Below are positions 39,570 through 49,118 of a stretch of DNA of 64,000 nucleotides, piece by piece. How positions within the stretch are numbered: the first letter of the stretch is position 1; every line of letters begins with the position of its first letter. The notes under the pieces are model-generated. The model was not told the origin of the DNA. It made no database searches and saw nothing but the letters and a program-made list of their open reading frames with translations. The stretch is from Candidatus Uhrbacteria bacterium. GTDB taxonomy: Bacteria; Patescibacteriota; Patescibacteriia; UBA9934; UBA10169. Location of the stretch: positions 121,349 to 185,348 of the forward strand of contig JACPJO010000004.1 in assembly GCA_016187485.1 (NCBI GenBank). Reading direction: 5' to 3'. A program made the position numbers and the translations under genes.

Positions 39570-40570
39570 ACAAGCGAAAGATGCGGATCAGACTCAAGCG
39601 TCAGCGGGTCAACAAATAGTCCTTCCCGTGCTTTCAAAAGCCCCGCCACGCCGATCATCGCCGCGTTATCTGTGCAAAATTTCAACTCCGGAATAAGAAG
39701 GGGAAGACGGTGAGACGCGGCAAGCACATTCAGCCGCTCGCGCAGAGGCCGGTTCGCCGATACGCCACCCACCACCGTAAGCGACGCGGGAGCATACGCA
39801 CGGATCGCCTGCGCGGTTTTTCGCGCTAGTGTATCCACGACCGCTTCTTCAAAACTTGCAGCGATGTCGGCAAGAGAGTGAGGCGCGGCGGCTCCATCAT
39901 GCACCACCCGGCGAACGGCGGTTTTGAGTCCACTGAAACTTACTTCAAGTGTGTCAGCATCCATCATCGGGCGCGGAAACGCAATCGCCGAGGACGAACC
40001 CCCCTCTGCCAGTTGCGAGAGGGCCGGGCCGCCCGGGTATCCGAGCCCAAGCAACTTTGCCACTTTGTCGAACGCCTCCCCCGCGGCATCATCGCGCGTA
40101 CCGCCAAGATAGGTGCGATGAATAAAACTTTTAAACAAAACCCACTCCGTGTGACCGCCAGATACGATCAGTGCAAGAAGAGGAAACAATGGAGTTTCCT
40201 GTCCCAGCCAGGCGCTCGCCACATGCCCTTCCAGATGATTAACCGCGACGAGCGGCTTTTGCCAAAGGTGCGCAAGCGTCTTGGCACACTCCACGCCTAC
40301 GCGAAGTGCCACGACAAGTCCGGGTCCTTGCGTGACAGCAATGGCATCTATATCTTCTCCCCTTCGCGACACCCCGGCTTCTTTAAGGACAGGAAAAAGG
40401 CTTTCCATATGCATGCGCGCCGCCACCTCCGGCACGACACCACCATATTTGGCATGGGTCTGCATTTGAGAAGAGACAAGATTTTTCTCAACAATAAACT
40501 TTCCCTCTTGTTCAGAAACAATGGCCACCGCCGTTTCATCGCAGCTTGTTTCAATCGCCAACACGCGCAT
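39566..40570 (-). CDS. tsaD: tRNA N6-threonylcarbamoyltransferase
   Basis: MRVLAIETSCDET, HLEGH, VSGGHT, DDAAGEAFDKVA, TDNAAMI; start set at ATG 40570. Confidence 0.96.
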   Translation of the reverse strand: MRVLAIETSCDETAVAIVSEQEGKFIVEKNLVSSQMQTHAKYGGVVPEVAARMHMESLFPVLKEAGVSRRGEDIDAIAVTQGPGLVVALRVGVECAKTLAHLWQKPLVAVNHLEGHVASAWLGQETPLFPLLALIVSGGHTEWVLFKSFIHRTYLGGTRDDAAGEAFDKVAKLLGLGYPGGPALSQLAEGGSSSAIAFPRPMMDADTLEVSFSGLKTAVRRVVHDGAAAPHSLADIAASFEEAVVDTLARKTAQAIRAYAPASLTVVGGVSANRPLRERLNVLAASHRLPLLIPELKFCTDNAAMIGVAGLLKAREGLFVDPLTLESDPHLSLV

Positions 40571-40644
40571 AAGTGTCCGTAGAGTACCTGACAATACTTG
40601 GTAACGAAAGACCGGCGAAGCCGGTCGTAAGAAGAGAAAACGAG

Positions 40645-42096
40645 CTACTCCTTCCAGTGAGCCTTGCGGAGCACGAGCCCGATGGATGCACCCACCGAAG
40701 GGACAGGCGGTTCCCCGACGGCAAGAAGGGCGCCGCCGCCAATCTCGATACGCAGTCCCGCCGCTTTCGACGGCCAGAGCGGGATTTCCACTCCGCCCAT
40801 CGCGATGGGTCCCACCCTGGCGGGCGAAGTACCGGGAAGATTCGAGAACGTGAAACGCGCCTGCATGCCGACCCACGGCTTCACCTGCCGTTCGGGGCGC
40901 AACGAGAGTCGGAGGCCCGCACGAAGAGCGGGAAGAAGAAGCGGCACCGAACCGTAGCCCGAGAACGCTGCCTCGCCGCCAAGTTCGAGTTCGACAGGCC
41001 CCTTGAGCCGGAAATCGCCGAGCACCGCGATGTCCACCCAGCTCGTGCCATAGAAGAGGTACCCCGCTGAAATGGCGAGACCGACCGGTCCACTCGTCAC
41101 GTCGTGACGAGAGGTGTAGCGCTCGACCGGAGCTCCCGCAAGATAGGTAAGCGGGCGCTTGGCGTTGCGGTCGTATGTGTAAATGAACGGGGGTGACTCT
41201 TCTCCCTCCGGCCACACCGCAACCGTCACGTTTCCCTTTTCGCGGCCGAAGAGTGTCTCCTGCACCAGACGCGCGTCCACATCATCCGGTCGGCGTCGCA
41301 GCAGATGCCGAATCCCCTCCATCGAGACGATGTGCGCACCGTTCTGCACATTCCACAGTCGCGTTTGCCAGGGACCATCTTCAATGCGCCACTGCATCAC
41401 ATGCTCCCCCGGCAGAACCGAGAGACCGCCGACTTCCTCGCCTACATGCACCAGATGATCACGACCGTCCACGAGGAACGCCGTAAGCGTCAGGCCCGCC
41501 AGCGAGTAGCGGATCGCCACGCGTGACTCCGATTCGGCCTCGGCAACAGCCGTGTTATACACGGCTTCGAGTTCCGCACCGAAATCGCTGTCCCACTCGG
41601 GGTGTCCCCGCAAGACGATGGATTGACGGAAGAGCGTTCGGGCCACAGCGGCGCCGGCGGTCCAGTGCGCATGGATGCCCCGCAGAGTAAGCACGCGAGC
41701 CAGTTCTTCGGGCTTGAGACCCTCTGTGGCACAGGGCAAAGCCGCCACCAAGTCGTCGAGATAGATGTCCGCCTCCTCAAGATCGAGCGCAACCAGCGCC
41801 TCCTTCGCCTTGGTCGTGTACTCCACGAAATTCTGGTGGAACGGGACACGGCCGGTCTGGCATCCACGGCCAGGAAATCCACCCACAACCCAGAACGGAT
41901 CGCCGGATTCCTGTACCGATGCCGGCAGGGTGACGTCCGAGATCCACACGGGCGCGATGCTGGACGTGTCCACGCCCTCACTCACGAGTGCCGCAAGTGC
42001 CCTCTCAAGCGACACGCCGTCGTAGTAGAGGGTGGTCTGTGCCTCTGCCGCCGTCGGCAGAGCCAGAAGGACAAGCAGAGTTGTAAAGATACGCAT
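40645..42096 (-). CDS. Secreted protein with a beta-barrel-like C-terminus
   Basis: GGAGG SD, signal peptide (AEA|Q), helical TPR-like middle, about eight amphipathic strands at the C-terminus. Confidence 0.75.
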   Translation of the reverse strand: MRIFTTLLVLLALPTAAEAQTTLYYDGVSLERALAALVSEGVDTSSIAPVWISDVTLPASVQESGDPFWVVGGFPGRGCQTGRVPFHQNFVEYTTKAKEALVALDLEEADIYLDDLVAALPCATEGLKPEELARVLTLRGIHAHWTAGAAVARTLFRQSIVLRGHPEWDSDFGAELEAVYNTAVAEAESESRVAIRYSLAGLTLTAFLVDGRDHLVHVGEEVGGLSVLPGEHVMQWRIEDGPWQTRLWNVQNGAHIVSMEGIRHLLRRRPDDVDARLVQETLFGREKGNVTVAVWPEGEESPPFIYTYDRNAKRPLTYLAGAPVERYTSRHDVTSGPVGLAISAGYLFYGTSWVDIAVLGDFRLKGPVELELGGEAAFSGYGSVPLLLPALRAGLRLSLRPERQVKPWVGMQARFTFSNLPGTSPARVGPIAMGGVEIPLWPSKAAGLRIEIGGGALLAVGEPPVPSVGASIGLVLRKAHWKE

Positions 42097-42198
42097 GACT
42101 TCCTCCGTCGGTCCCTTCAAAGAAGAGCCGAGAGAAGAGCTTGCCTAAATTTTCCCATCTCGTCAACCGTCCTCATTTCTGTTAGTCTACGGACATCT

Positions 42199-43050
42199 AT
42201 GCTGCAGCGCGAGAGAGCACAATGGGACGATTATGAGCTGTTGGACTCCGGAGGATTAGAAAAATGCGAACGGTTCGGTTCGGTTGTGTTGGTGCGCCCT
42301 GAACCACAGGCCCTTTGGGAAAAGGCTAACGCCGGAAGTCTGTGGAAAAAGGCTCACGCGCGCTTTGTGCAAGAAGGAGCAGAGGGCCGGTGGATCACCG
42401 CGCGTCCCTTGCCGGAGCCCTGGGAACTTCGCTGGAACAACTTGGTCTTCGGACTTGAGCTTACCTCTTTTAAACACACGGGCATTTTTCCCGAACAGGC
42501 AGCAAACTGGAAATATCTGGAGAGTGTTCTGCACCCGGGTTCTTCCGTTTTAAATCTTTTCGGATACACGGGTGCCGCGAGCCTTGTCGCCGCAGGATGC
42601 GGAGCCCACGTGGTGCATGTGGATGCCAGCAAACCCTCTGTGACGTGGGGAAAAGAAAATGTGAAACGGTCAGGGTTGGAGGGCCGGCAGATACGCTGGA
42701 TTGTGGATGACGCCAAAAAATTTGTCGCGCGCGAAGGTCGGCGCGGCCACCGTTACCATGCCATCCTCCTTGACCCGCCGGCATTTGGTCGCGGTCCGAG
42801 CGGCGAAGTGTGGAAGTTTGAACGTGACCTTTTCCTTACCCTGAAAGAATGCGGGAAGATCACTGCAGAACATGGACATGTACTTGTGAACGCTTACTCG
42901 CTCGGTTTCTCTGCCGTCATTATCGAACAAGTTGTGAAAAGCGCCCTTCCTTTCGTGCGCGAAACGGAGACGATCGAACTTACGCTCCAAGAATCCACCC
43001 CGCGCGCCTTTGTCTTGCCCGGCGGCGTCACGGTGCGCGCCGTATGGTGA
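42199..43050 (+). CDS. Class I SAM-dependent methyltransferase (RlmI/RlmK-like)
   Basis: DYELLDSG, HTGIFPEQ, VLNLFGYTG, VDAS, LDPPAFGRG. Confidence 0.9.
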   Translation: MLQRERAQWDDYELLDSGGLEKCERFGSVVLVRPEPQALWEKANAGSLWKKAHARFVQEGAEGRWITARPLPEPWELRWNNLVFGLELTSFKHTGIFPEQAANWKYLESVLHPGSSVLNLFGYTGAASLVAAGCGAHVVHVDASKPSVTWGKENVKRSGLEGRQIRWIVDDAKKFVAREGRRGHRYHAILLDPPAFGRGPSGEVWKFERDLFLTLKECGKITAEHGHVLVNAYSLGFSAVIIEQVVKSALPFVRETETIELTLQESTPRAFVLPGGVTVRAVW

Positions 43051-43715
43051 AGTTCCCCGTTATCCTCTACGAAGACAACCACCTCATTGCGGTAGAGAAG
43101 CCGGCGGGCCTTCCTATGGAGCCCGGCGGAAAGAGTCCCAAAAACCTTCTCGACGAAGTGAAGTCTTTCATCAAAACACGTGACCATAAACCCGGACGCG
43201 TTTTTTTGGGACTGGTACACCGGCTCGACCGGCCCGTGAGCGGCGTCGTGTTGTTCGCAAAGACAAGTAAAGCCGCCGCGCGGCTTTCCGCGCAGTTTCG
43301 TTTACACACCGTCGAGAAAATCTATCATGCCCTAGTGGAGACAGGAGGGTCGGTGCCGCCGAAGGGTTGGCAAACTCTCGAGCAATTTATTACAAAGGAG
43401 GAACCGGGAAAATGTGTGCGTGTGTCAGAGAATGGGGAAAGCAAGGGGCAGAAAGCCGTCATGAAGTTTTGCTTTCTTAAAGAGCGGCACGGAAAAGCCC
43501 TCGTGGAAATTAAGCCGCTTACGGGCCGACCGCATCAAATTCGAGCCGGCCTTTCTTCCCGCGGATTTCCCATATTGGGTGATGGTCTTTACGGGTCTAC
43601 GGAAGCCTATAACAAGGGAATCGCCCTTCATGCAATGTCCCTTTCTTTTGAACATCCCACAACAAAAGAGCGTGTCTATATCGAAAGTGTCGGAGATTTG
43701 TCGGAACAAATCTGA
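43044..43715 (+). CDS. RluA-family pseudouridine synthase
   Basis: LYED..EKPAG, VHRLDRPVSG, TGRPHQIR, GDGLYG, LHA. Confidence 0.94.
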   Translation: MVKFPVILYEDNHLIAVEKPAGLPMEPGGKSPKNLLDEVKSFIKTRDHKPGRVFLGLVHRLDRPVSGVVLFAKTSKAAARLSAQFRLHTVEKIYHALVETGGSVPPKGWQTLEQFITKEEPGKCVRVSENGESKGQKAVMKFCFLKERHGKALVEIKPLTGRPHQIRAGLSSRGFPILGDGLYGSTEAYNKGIALHAMSLSFEHPTTKERVYIESVGDLSEQI

Positions 43716-43833
43716 CAAGTCTCACAGAATTTCTAGGGCCATTTTCTGGCCTTTTTTGTTTGTTACCAGATTTCGCACACCTTTTCTCGGCAGGGATGGA
43801 GAAGTCCGGCATACTGGGCAAACGAGGTGGCCC

Positions 43834-44289
43834 ATGCAATTCCGATTCCTTCAGTTCTTTTTCTTCCGCGACAACACGCCCATCGATCGTACCGAAGAAA
43901 CCCCCTACGTTCTCGGGACGACGTTCTTCTTCCGGCGCGACGGCAATTTCTGCTTCATGGACACGCGGAAGCTCGATGGTGCACGCAGCACGCTTCATCT
44001 GTCGGAGGACGGGCGACGCCTGTGCCTCACCGACGAAGAGCTCACCTTCGTGCGTGTAGAGACGGACGAGGGCGATGCCCTGTATCGAGGACAGCGCGAG
44101 ATCGTCTGCGATAATGTGGTCGCTGCGCATTTCAAGGTAGACAGCATCACCGTGGTGGTCGTAACAAACCCTGACGTGTTCCAGCTCGATCCCATCGAGC
44201 GCACGGCCTTCGTGAACCCCCGTGGTCTGCACTTCAATAAGACCTCTAGGCAGTTGTCCCCCGCTCGTTCTTTCGGCGACGACTCCTAG
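43834..44289 (+). CDS. Hypothetical protein (151 aa)
   Basis: ATG behind GAGGTGG; hairpin CCCTGCC-TTC-GGCAGGG downstream. Confidence 0.55.
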   Translation: MQFRFLQFFFFRDNTPIDRTEETPYVLGTTFFFRRDGNFCFMDTRKLDGARSTLHLSEDGRRLCLTDEELTFVRVETDEGDALYRGQREIVCDNVVAAHFKVDSITVVVVTNPDVFQLDPIERTAFVNPRGLHFNKTSRQLSPARSFGDDS

Positions 44290-44356
44290 TCGCTCGTTCC
44301 CTCCCTCGCCCTGCCTTCGGCAGGGTTTCGACTATCGGCTCCGCCCTCTTTTGCTA

Positions 44357-44385
44357 TTGACAACTTCCCCAAAACTTTCTACGTT
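44357..44385 (+). promoter_or_regulatory. Sigma70 promoter
   Basis: TTGACA-17-TACGTT, 6 nt before ATG 44392. Confidence 0.6.
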
Positions 44386-44391
44386 TAAATC

Positions 44392-45159
44392 ATGGACGCT
44401 ATGAAGAAGCCTCTTTACTCGCCGGAACTGTTGGAGACTCTGGGTATCGGCACAAAAGAGATGGATATTTACATGGCGCTCCTGCGGCTTGGCACAGCTC
44501 CTCTCCGCCTTGTGGCGGAAGAAGCCCATGTCAACCGCGGTCTGTGTTACGACGCTCTCAAGCGACTGGTCTCGCGAGGACTCGCGGGATACGTAGACGC
44601 CAAGCGTCATAGATATTTCCGTGCCGAGGACCCCGGGAGATTGCGCGCGCTTGCCACCAAAAAAGAAGTGGCGATCGAGGAAGCGCGCGAAGAGCTCGGT
44701 CGTCTCATCCCCCTCTTACAAGCCACCACGGGCGTGAGTGAATACCGCCCGGCAGTGCGCTATCTGGAAGGGACTGCAGGAGTGCATGATCTTTTAGAAG
44801 ATGTCTTGCGTGTAAGCGAGGAGACGCGAGACAGACTGTATCGCGTGTATTCCTCCGCGGGATTGCGCGACCTCATCTCTGCCGCATGGCCGAGATTCAA
44901 GGAGGAACGCGTCCGTCGAGGTGTGCGTGTACGCGCTATCTCGATCGGTGAAGGAGGGACGACGGTTGGCCTTGATGAGCGGCGATGGCTTTCCAAAAGT
45001 GCTGAAGCGCCATCTTACATCTTCATATACGCGGGCAAGACCGCCTGCGTAGCCCAAGACCGTCACCGCCAGCTATTTGGGGTGATTACCGAAGACGCTG
45101 CCATCGCCAAGACCCAGCAACTCATTTTTGATGCCCTATGGAAGCAACTGCCCTCGTAA
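44392..45159 (+). CDS. TrmB-family transcriptional regulator
   Basis: LETLG...EMDIYMALL..G...RGLCYDALKRLVSRGL winged HTH; VRYLEG..GV C-terminal domain. Confidence 0.88.
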   Translation: MDAMKKPLYSPELLETLGIGTKEMDIYMALLRLGTAPLRLVAEEAHVNRGLCYDALKRLVSRGLAGYVDAKRHRYFRAEDPGRLRALATKKEVAIEEAREELGRLIPLLQATTGVSEYRPAVRYLEGTAGVHDLLEDVLRVSEETRDRLYRVYSSAGLRDLISAAWPRFKEERVRRGVRVRAISIGEGGTTVGLDERRWLSKSAEAPSYIFIYAGKTACVAQDRHRQLFGVITEDAAIAKTQQLIFDALWKQLPS

Positions 45160-45611
45160 CGCCGCCCTTTTACCCCAAGCACATTTCCGCCGGCACGGTC
45201 TTGTACCGTGTGAGTCCTGTAGGGGATTACCGATTCCTTATTATGTATCGCCGGAAATCGGGCACATGGCACCTGCCTAAGGGTACGCAACGTCCAGAAG
45301 AAACACTTGAAGAGACCGCCATGCGCGAGACGCAAGACGAAACTGGCATGACTCCCAAACTGGAGGAGTTCCTCGGCACTGTCGAGTCCACGTTCGAACG
45401 GAGTGGCGAACCCATCCAAAAAGAAACACACTACTACTTGGCGCGGTTGGCAGATGAGTTTTCCCGAATTCCAGACAATGAGCATGACATTCGTGTATTC
45501 GTTCATTTTCACGAGGCGGATCGGTTTCTGCGCGAAGGAACGATCTACGAAGAGGAGTGGGGGGTTCTTGAGGAGGCCTACGCACGGCTTCTCGAGCGCG
45601 AAGAGAAGTGA
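45138..45611 (+). CDS. NUDIX hydrolase
   Basis: WHLPKG...ETLEETAMRETQDETG Nudix box. Confidence 0.9.
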   Translation: MEATALVTPPFYPKHISAGTVLYRVSPVGDYRFLIMYRRKSGTWHLPKGTQRPEETLEETAMRETQDETGMTPKLEEFLGTVESTFERSGEPIQKETHYYLARLADEFSRIPDNEHDIRVFVHFHEADRFLREGTIYEEEWGVLEEAYARLLEREEK

Positions 45612-45692
45612 TGGCTTGCCAGAACTGGCAGGCCGCCACGTCCTTTCGATGGGCTCCAGTGTGCGTGCGCGCGGAAGCGGGAGAAGGGTTTC

Positions 45693-46556
45693 ATGGAAGT
45701 AGATGCAACGGTGTTGATCGTGATCGCTGCCCTCAATGAGGCCAGCGGTCTTCCCCAAACCCTGGAAGCACTCAGGAATGAGTGCGGAGAGGAGGCAGAA
45801 GTCGTCGTTGTAGACGACGGCTCAACAGACGAGACGGCACTCTTCGCCGAGCTGGGTGGGGCAAGCCTCATCCGGCAGGAGCAATGCACGGGCAAGTGCG
45901 CCGCTGTGATGCGGGGCATTCGCGAGCGGATCCAGCCGCATCACCGCGCCGTCGTTACCTGCGACGCGGACGGACAGCACCAGGCGGAAGACGTCCGCCG
46001 GGTTCTCGAAGCCCTCCGGAAGTACGACGTGGTCTTCACGTCGCGCTACCGGGGTGACTGCCCCATCGCCATCGGCGAGCCGCCGGTGGATCGGCAATTC
46101 CTGAACGCGATGGTCACGGCCGCGGTAGAACGCATCGTCCCGTGGGGTCTCACGGACCCGGTCTGCGGACTGCGCGGATTCCGGGTCCACATCGCGCGCT
46201 GGCTCCTCACGCAGGAGTTCGTGACGCAAGGCTACGGTCTCGAGCTTGAGACGGTCTTCCGTCTCTGCTTCCTGCAGGGAGCACGCACGGGCACAGCACC
46301 CTTCAGCATGACCGAGATTCCCATCCGGCCGGTCTATGCGGGGACGCCCAAGATGAGTGCCTACTACGCCGAGGGATCTCTACGTGTGGCCGAACGCTCC
46401 ACGCGAGCCGCCGACCACCTCGAGACGCTCACGAGTCTCATGCGCGCCTTCGGGTTCCATACCATTCCGCGGGATCAAGGTCTCGTGGAGCTGGTGCGGG
46501 CCAGCGGGGCCCACCTGCGCGCCGTGGGAGGCCCATCGGGTCCCACCGCCGCATAG
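45693..46556 (+). CDS. Glycosyltransferase family 2 (DPM synthase-like)
   Basis: IAALNE, VVVDDGSTD, CDADGQH, TDPVCGLRGF. Confidence 0.9.
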   Translation: MEVDATVLIVIAALNEASGLPQTLEALRNECGEEAEVVVVDDGSTDETALFAELGGASLIRQEQCTGKCAAVMRGIRERIQPHHRAVVTCDADGQHQAEDVRRVLEALRKYDVVFTSRYRGDCPIAIGEPPVDRQFLNAMVTAAVERIVPWGLTDPVCGLRGFRVHIARWLLTQEFVTQGYGLELETVFRLCFLQGARTGTAPFSMTEIPIRPVYAGTPKMSAYYAEGSLRVAERSTRAADHLETLTSLMRAFGFHTIPRDQGLVELVRASGAHLRAVGGPSGPTAA

Positions 46557-46615
46557 CCAGCAAGCCCTTTCTTCTTCCAGAGCACGCATGTGCTCTGTTT
46601 CATTTTATGAGGCCC

Positions 46616-47479
46616 TTATTGCGCATCGGAGAATATCTGTGTGAAGTAGTATATGCCGTTTGACCCAATGGCAATGCCGATGCCTGTCGTGTCAAATACT
46701 CTCCGTTCAATGTTTTCTTTGTGATCTGTGCTCTCCATCCATCCGTTCACCGCAACGTGCACTGGATCGCGCGCGTTGTTCGCCGCAACATTTTCCGCAA
46801 TCATTCCCGCATCCAGGAACGTACGAATGTCTGCCACCCGCTCATTGAACCCATCATGCCCTACGCTGGCAGTTCCGTTGGCCATGTTTTGACTGTGAAT
46901 TTTTGCGCTTGCGGCAAGTTGGTCGTTCCACACCAGCCGGCCGAGACCCGCGTTGGCACGAACATCGTTGATTTTCTGAAACACAGACTGCTCAAGCTCG
47001 CCAGAGGCATTTACCGATAACGTCGCCGCAGGAATTTTCTCCAAGTCCGCAGTGGAAATACCAAGCCCCTTCTCACTCATGAGGAGAAAAGCGCGTGTGG
47101 GGTTCCCAAGAAAAGATCCGCGGCGAGTAACAGGATCTACGTAGTACGCTTCCCCCCGTGATTCCACGTCAAGAAGAATACGACCAGAGAGACGCCCGGG
47201 AAATTGCGCAGAGAGATATGTGCTAAGTTCATCATGTTTGATGCCGAGACCTTTGTTCCGCATGATCCAAAAGGCGTCCGCTGGCCGACCAAGGTAATAA
47301 CGTTTGTTATCGAGCGGATCTACATAATATGCTTCGCCCCGCGATTCCACCTGCAGAAGAATTCTTCCGGCAAGCCTTTGCGTGAGCGAAGGAGATTCCG
47401 CGGTATACGTGATTTGTACAGGCGGCGAGAGAAGCCCAAGCGAGAGCAGGCCACCGAGGGTTGTAGAAAGATATGGCAT
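46616..47479 (-). CDS. CAP (SCP) domain protein with two N-terminal repeats
   Basis: INDVRA..GL..L.WN..L...AKIHSQNM, AENVA, GWMESTDHKENI, GIG, YFTQIF. Confidence 0.9.
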   Translation of the reverse strand: MPYLSTTLGGLLSLGLLSPPVQITYTAESPSLTQRLAGRILLQVESRGEAYYVDPLDNKRYYLGRPADAFWIMRNKGLGIKHDELSTYLSAQFPGRLSGRILLDVESRGEAYYVDPVTRRGSFLGNPTRAFLLMSEKGLGISTADLEKIPAATLSVNASGELEQSVFQKINDVRANAGLGRLVWNDQLAASAKIHSQNMANGTASVGHDGFNERVADIRTFLDAGMIAENVAANNARDPVHVAVNGWMESTDHKENIERRVFDTTGIGIAIGSNGIYYFTQIFSDAQ

Positions 47480-47569
47480 ACATCATAAGATTAGATGGCA
47501 TGCCATAGATGACGGACGGCGGGAAAAAGTCTGTCATGTCTGTGATATACTGGAAAAAATCACATCTTT

Positions 47570-47863
47570 ATGACTATTCAAGAAATTCTCTCTCTAGAAA
47601 AAGAGATTTGGAAGGAGCAGAATCTCACGCTGCCAGAAATGATTATTCGTCACGGCGTCACCATGGGAGATCTGTGCCGCATCGCGCGCAGAGCTAATAA
47701 GGATAGCGCCTTACAGACGCCAGAGGAGTTACAAAAAGAGTTGGGAAATCTCATCACATCGAGCGTACGCTTCTGTGCCGATTTGGGTTTTGATCCAGAC
47801 GTGTGCGTCGAGAGATCCCTCGAGTGCCAGAGAAAATTCGTCCGCGAAAATCCACAAACATAG
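47570..47863 (+). CDS. Small hypothetical protein, possibly MazG-like all-alpha fold
   Basis: MGDLCR...ELQKELGNLI pattern; acidic motif only partly kept. Confidence 0.6.
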   Translation: MTIQEILSLEKEIWKEQNLTLPEMIIRHGVTMGDLCRIARRANKDSALQTPEELQKELGNLITSSVRFCADLGFDPDVCVERSLECQRKFVRENPQT

Positions 47864-47931
47864 GCCATAAAAGCAAGAACGCACCCGGCGGGCGTAGACC
47901 GAGTGGTCTTGCACCGCGCGAGCGCGCAGAT

Positions 47932-48285
47932 TTAGGTTGGGGGAACCCAGATGCCGGTACGGAGGTACTGGTAGCCCTTGACGTAGGCATGAGCCCGCAT
48001 CATCCACAGGTGGGCATACTTGAAGAGGGCACTCGAGAAAAAAACGGTGGCCCAGTAGTACGTGAACGGCTCGTCGGTAAGCTCCACGCCGTAGAAGATG
48101 GCCGTCGTCCCGTAGTAGGAGTCGTGCCCGAATTGTCCGATCCCGATGTGGCTTCCCGTGAAGAGGTCCACGAGCGGGAGAGCGAAGGCGAACCACGCCA
48201 ACATGACGAAGATGCTCGCGCCGAAGACGAGCCACCACCAGCGTGATCCGCTGGTACGGTTCACGGCCTTTTGAAGAACGTCCAA
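47932..48285 (-). CDS. Hypothetical two-TM membrane protein
   Basis: TTG start behind GAGGAGG; two aromatic/hydrophobic helices. Confidence 0.65.
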   Translation of the reverse strand: MDVLQKAVNRTSGSRWWWLVFGASIFVMLAWFAFALPLVDLFTGSHIGIGQFGHDSYYGTTAIFYGVELTDEPFTYYWATVFFSSALFKYAHLWMMRAHAYVKGYQYLRTGIWVPPT

Positions 48286-48411
48286 GCTTCCTCCTCGCGG
48301 TTTTACCGCTGTGTGAGTTTCTCGCCGAAGTGGCGAGAAGTACTCCTAAAATAACAAAAAGTGAGCATTTTGTCAATGCTTCGCGTGCTTTTGTGGGCAT
48401 TTCAACTAACG

Positions 48412-48496
48412 AGAACTCATATCAAAAACACTCTTTGGTCGTTTCGGATCAAACGACATCTGAAACGCCTTCAAAGCTATTTTTGATATGAGCTCT
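48412..48496. repeat. Nested inverted repeats
   Basis: CTCATATCAAAAA/TTTTTGATATGAG enclosing CTTTG/CAAAG and GTCGTTT/AAACGAC. Confidence 0.75.
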
Positions 48497-48552
48497 AACT
48501 AGCTCTTGCGTCTACGCTCAATTGCTTCCCTGCTCCGAAATCCGTTCATGAC

Positions 48553-48584
48553 CCGACTAGTGATCCGGCCGGATCACTAGTCGG
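48553..48584. repeat. Perfect 32-bp palindrome containing the stop codon of the PaaX-like gene
   Basis: CCGACTAGTGATCCGG|CCGGATCACTAGTCGG. Confidence 0.95.
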
Positions 48585-49107
48585 ATTGCTTAGCAATGTA
48601 AACCCGGATCCAATCTCCCGCTCCTGCCATCTTAATGAGCTGTGAAAGTGGTTTGGCAATATCAAAATTCGACGCCCAAACACTCTGTTGTATAGGAATA
48701 AAACCTATGGAGGACAAAAATCTTCGCCATTGAAGTCGCAAAGGCCGTAAACTTTCTGGAATATCAAACACGACGAGGCAATCGGTATCCTCGGGTAAAG
48801 TGGCTGCGAAATGCAGCTGGAGGCGGACGTACTCAAAAAGGCCTTTCTGTGTCAGTGCTGCCTCAAAAATTCCAGCTTTTTCTCGCAGCTTCAAAAGCTT
48901 TTGCTTTTTCAGTTGGTGCAACGCGTTGATTTTTTGTCTTTTTGCCAGATCGAGACGCATTCTCTCAAGATCAAACTGATAATACCAAAGAGCTTTTCTC
49001 CCTCGATACGTCTGTATATGCTCAAGTGTCATATACAAATTTCCAAACGCTTCAAGAAGTTTTGAAACGCTTGAATTTTGACGGAGAGGTCTTTCAAAAC
49101 TTTTCAT
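48577..49107 (-). CDS. PaaX-like protein (winged HTH plus Cas2/VapD-like domain)
   Basis: ALHQLKKQKLL..LTQKG; LVVFDIPE..R...RRFL..IGF..IQQSVW. Confidence 0.85.
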   Translation of the reverse strand: MKSFERPLRQNSSVSKLLEAFGNLYMTLEHIQTYRGRKALWYYQFDLERMRLDLAKRQKINALHQLKKQKLLKLREKAGIFEAALTQKGLFEYVRLQLHFAATLPEDTDCLVVFDIPESLRPLRLQWRRFLSSIGFIPIQQSVWASNFDIAKPLSQLIKMAGAGDWIRVYIAKQSD

Positions 49108-49118
49108 AGCGGTTTGAT

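Noticed and set aside
40571-43043. Long N-terminal extensions of tsaD (from 41215), the methyltransferase (from 41602) and the RluA gene (from 42849)
   Set aside because: They overlap neighbouring genes; family-typical N-termini begin at 40570, 42199 and 43044.
48577-49107. True CRISPR cas2
   Set aside because: Fused to an N-terminal HTH, with no array or other cas genes in the window.
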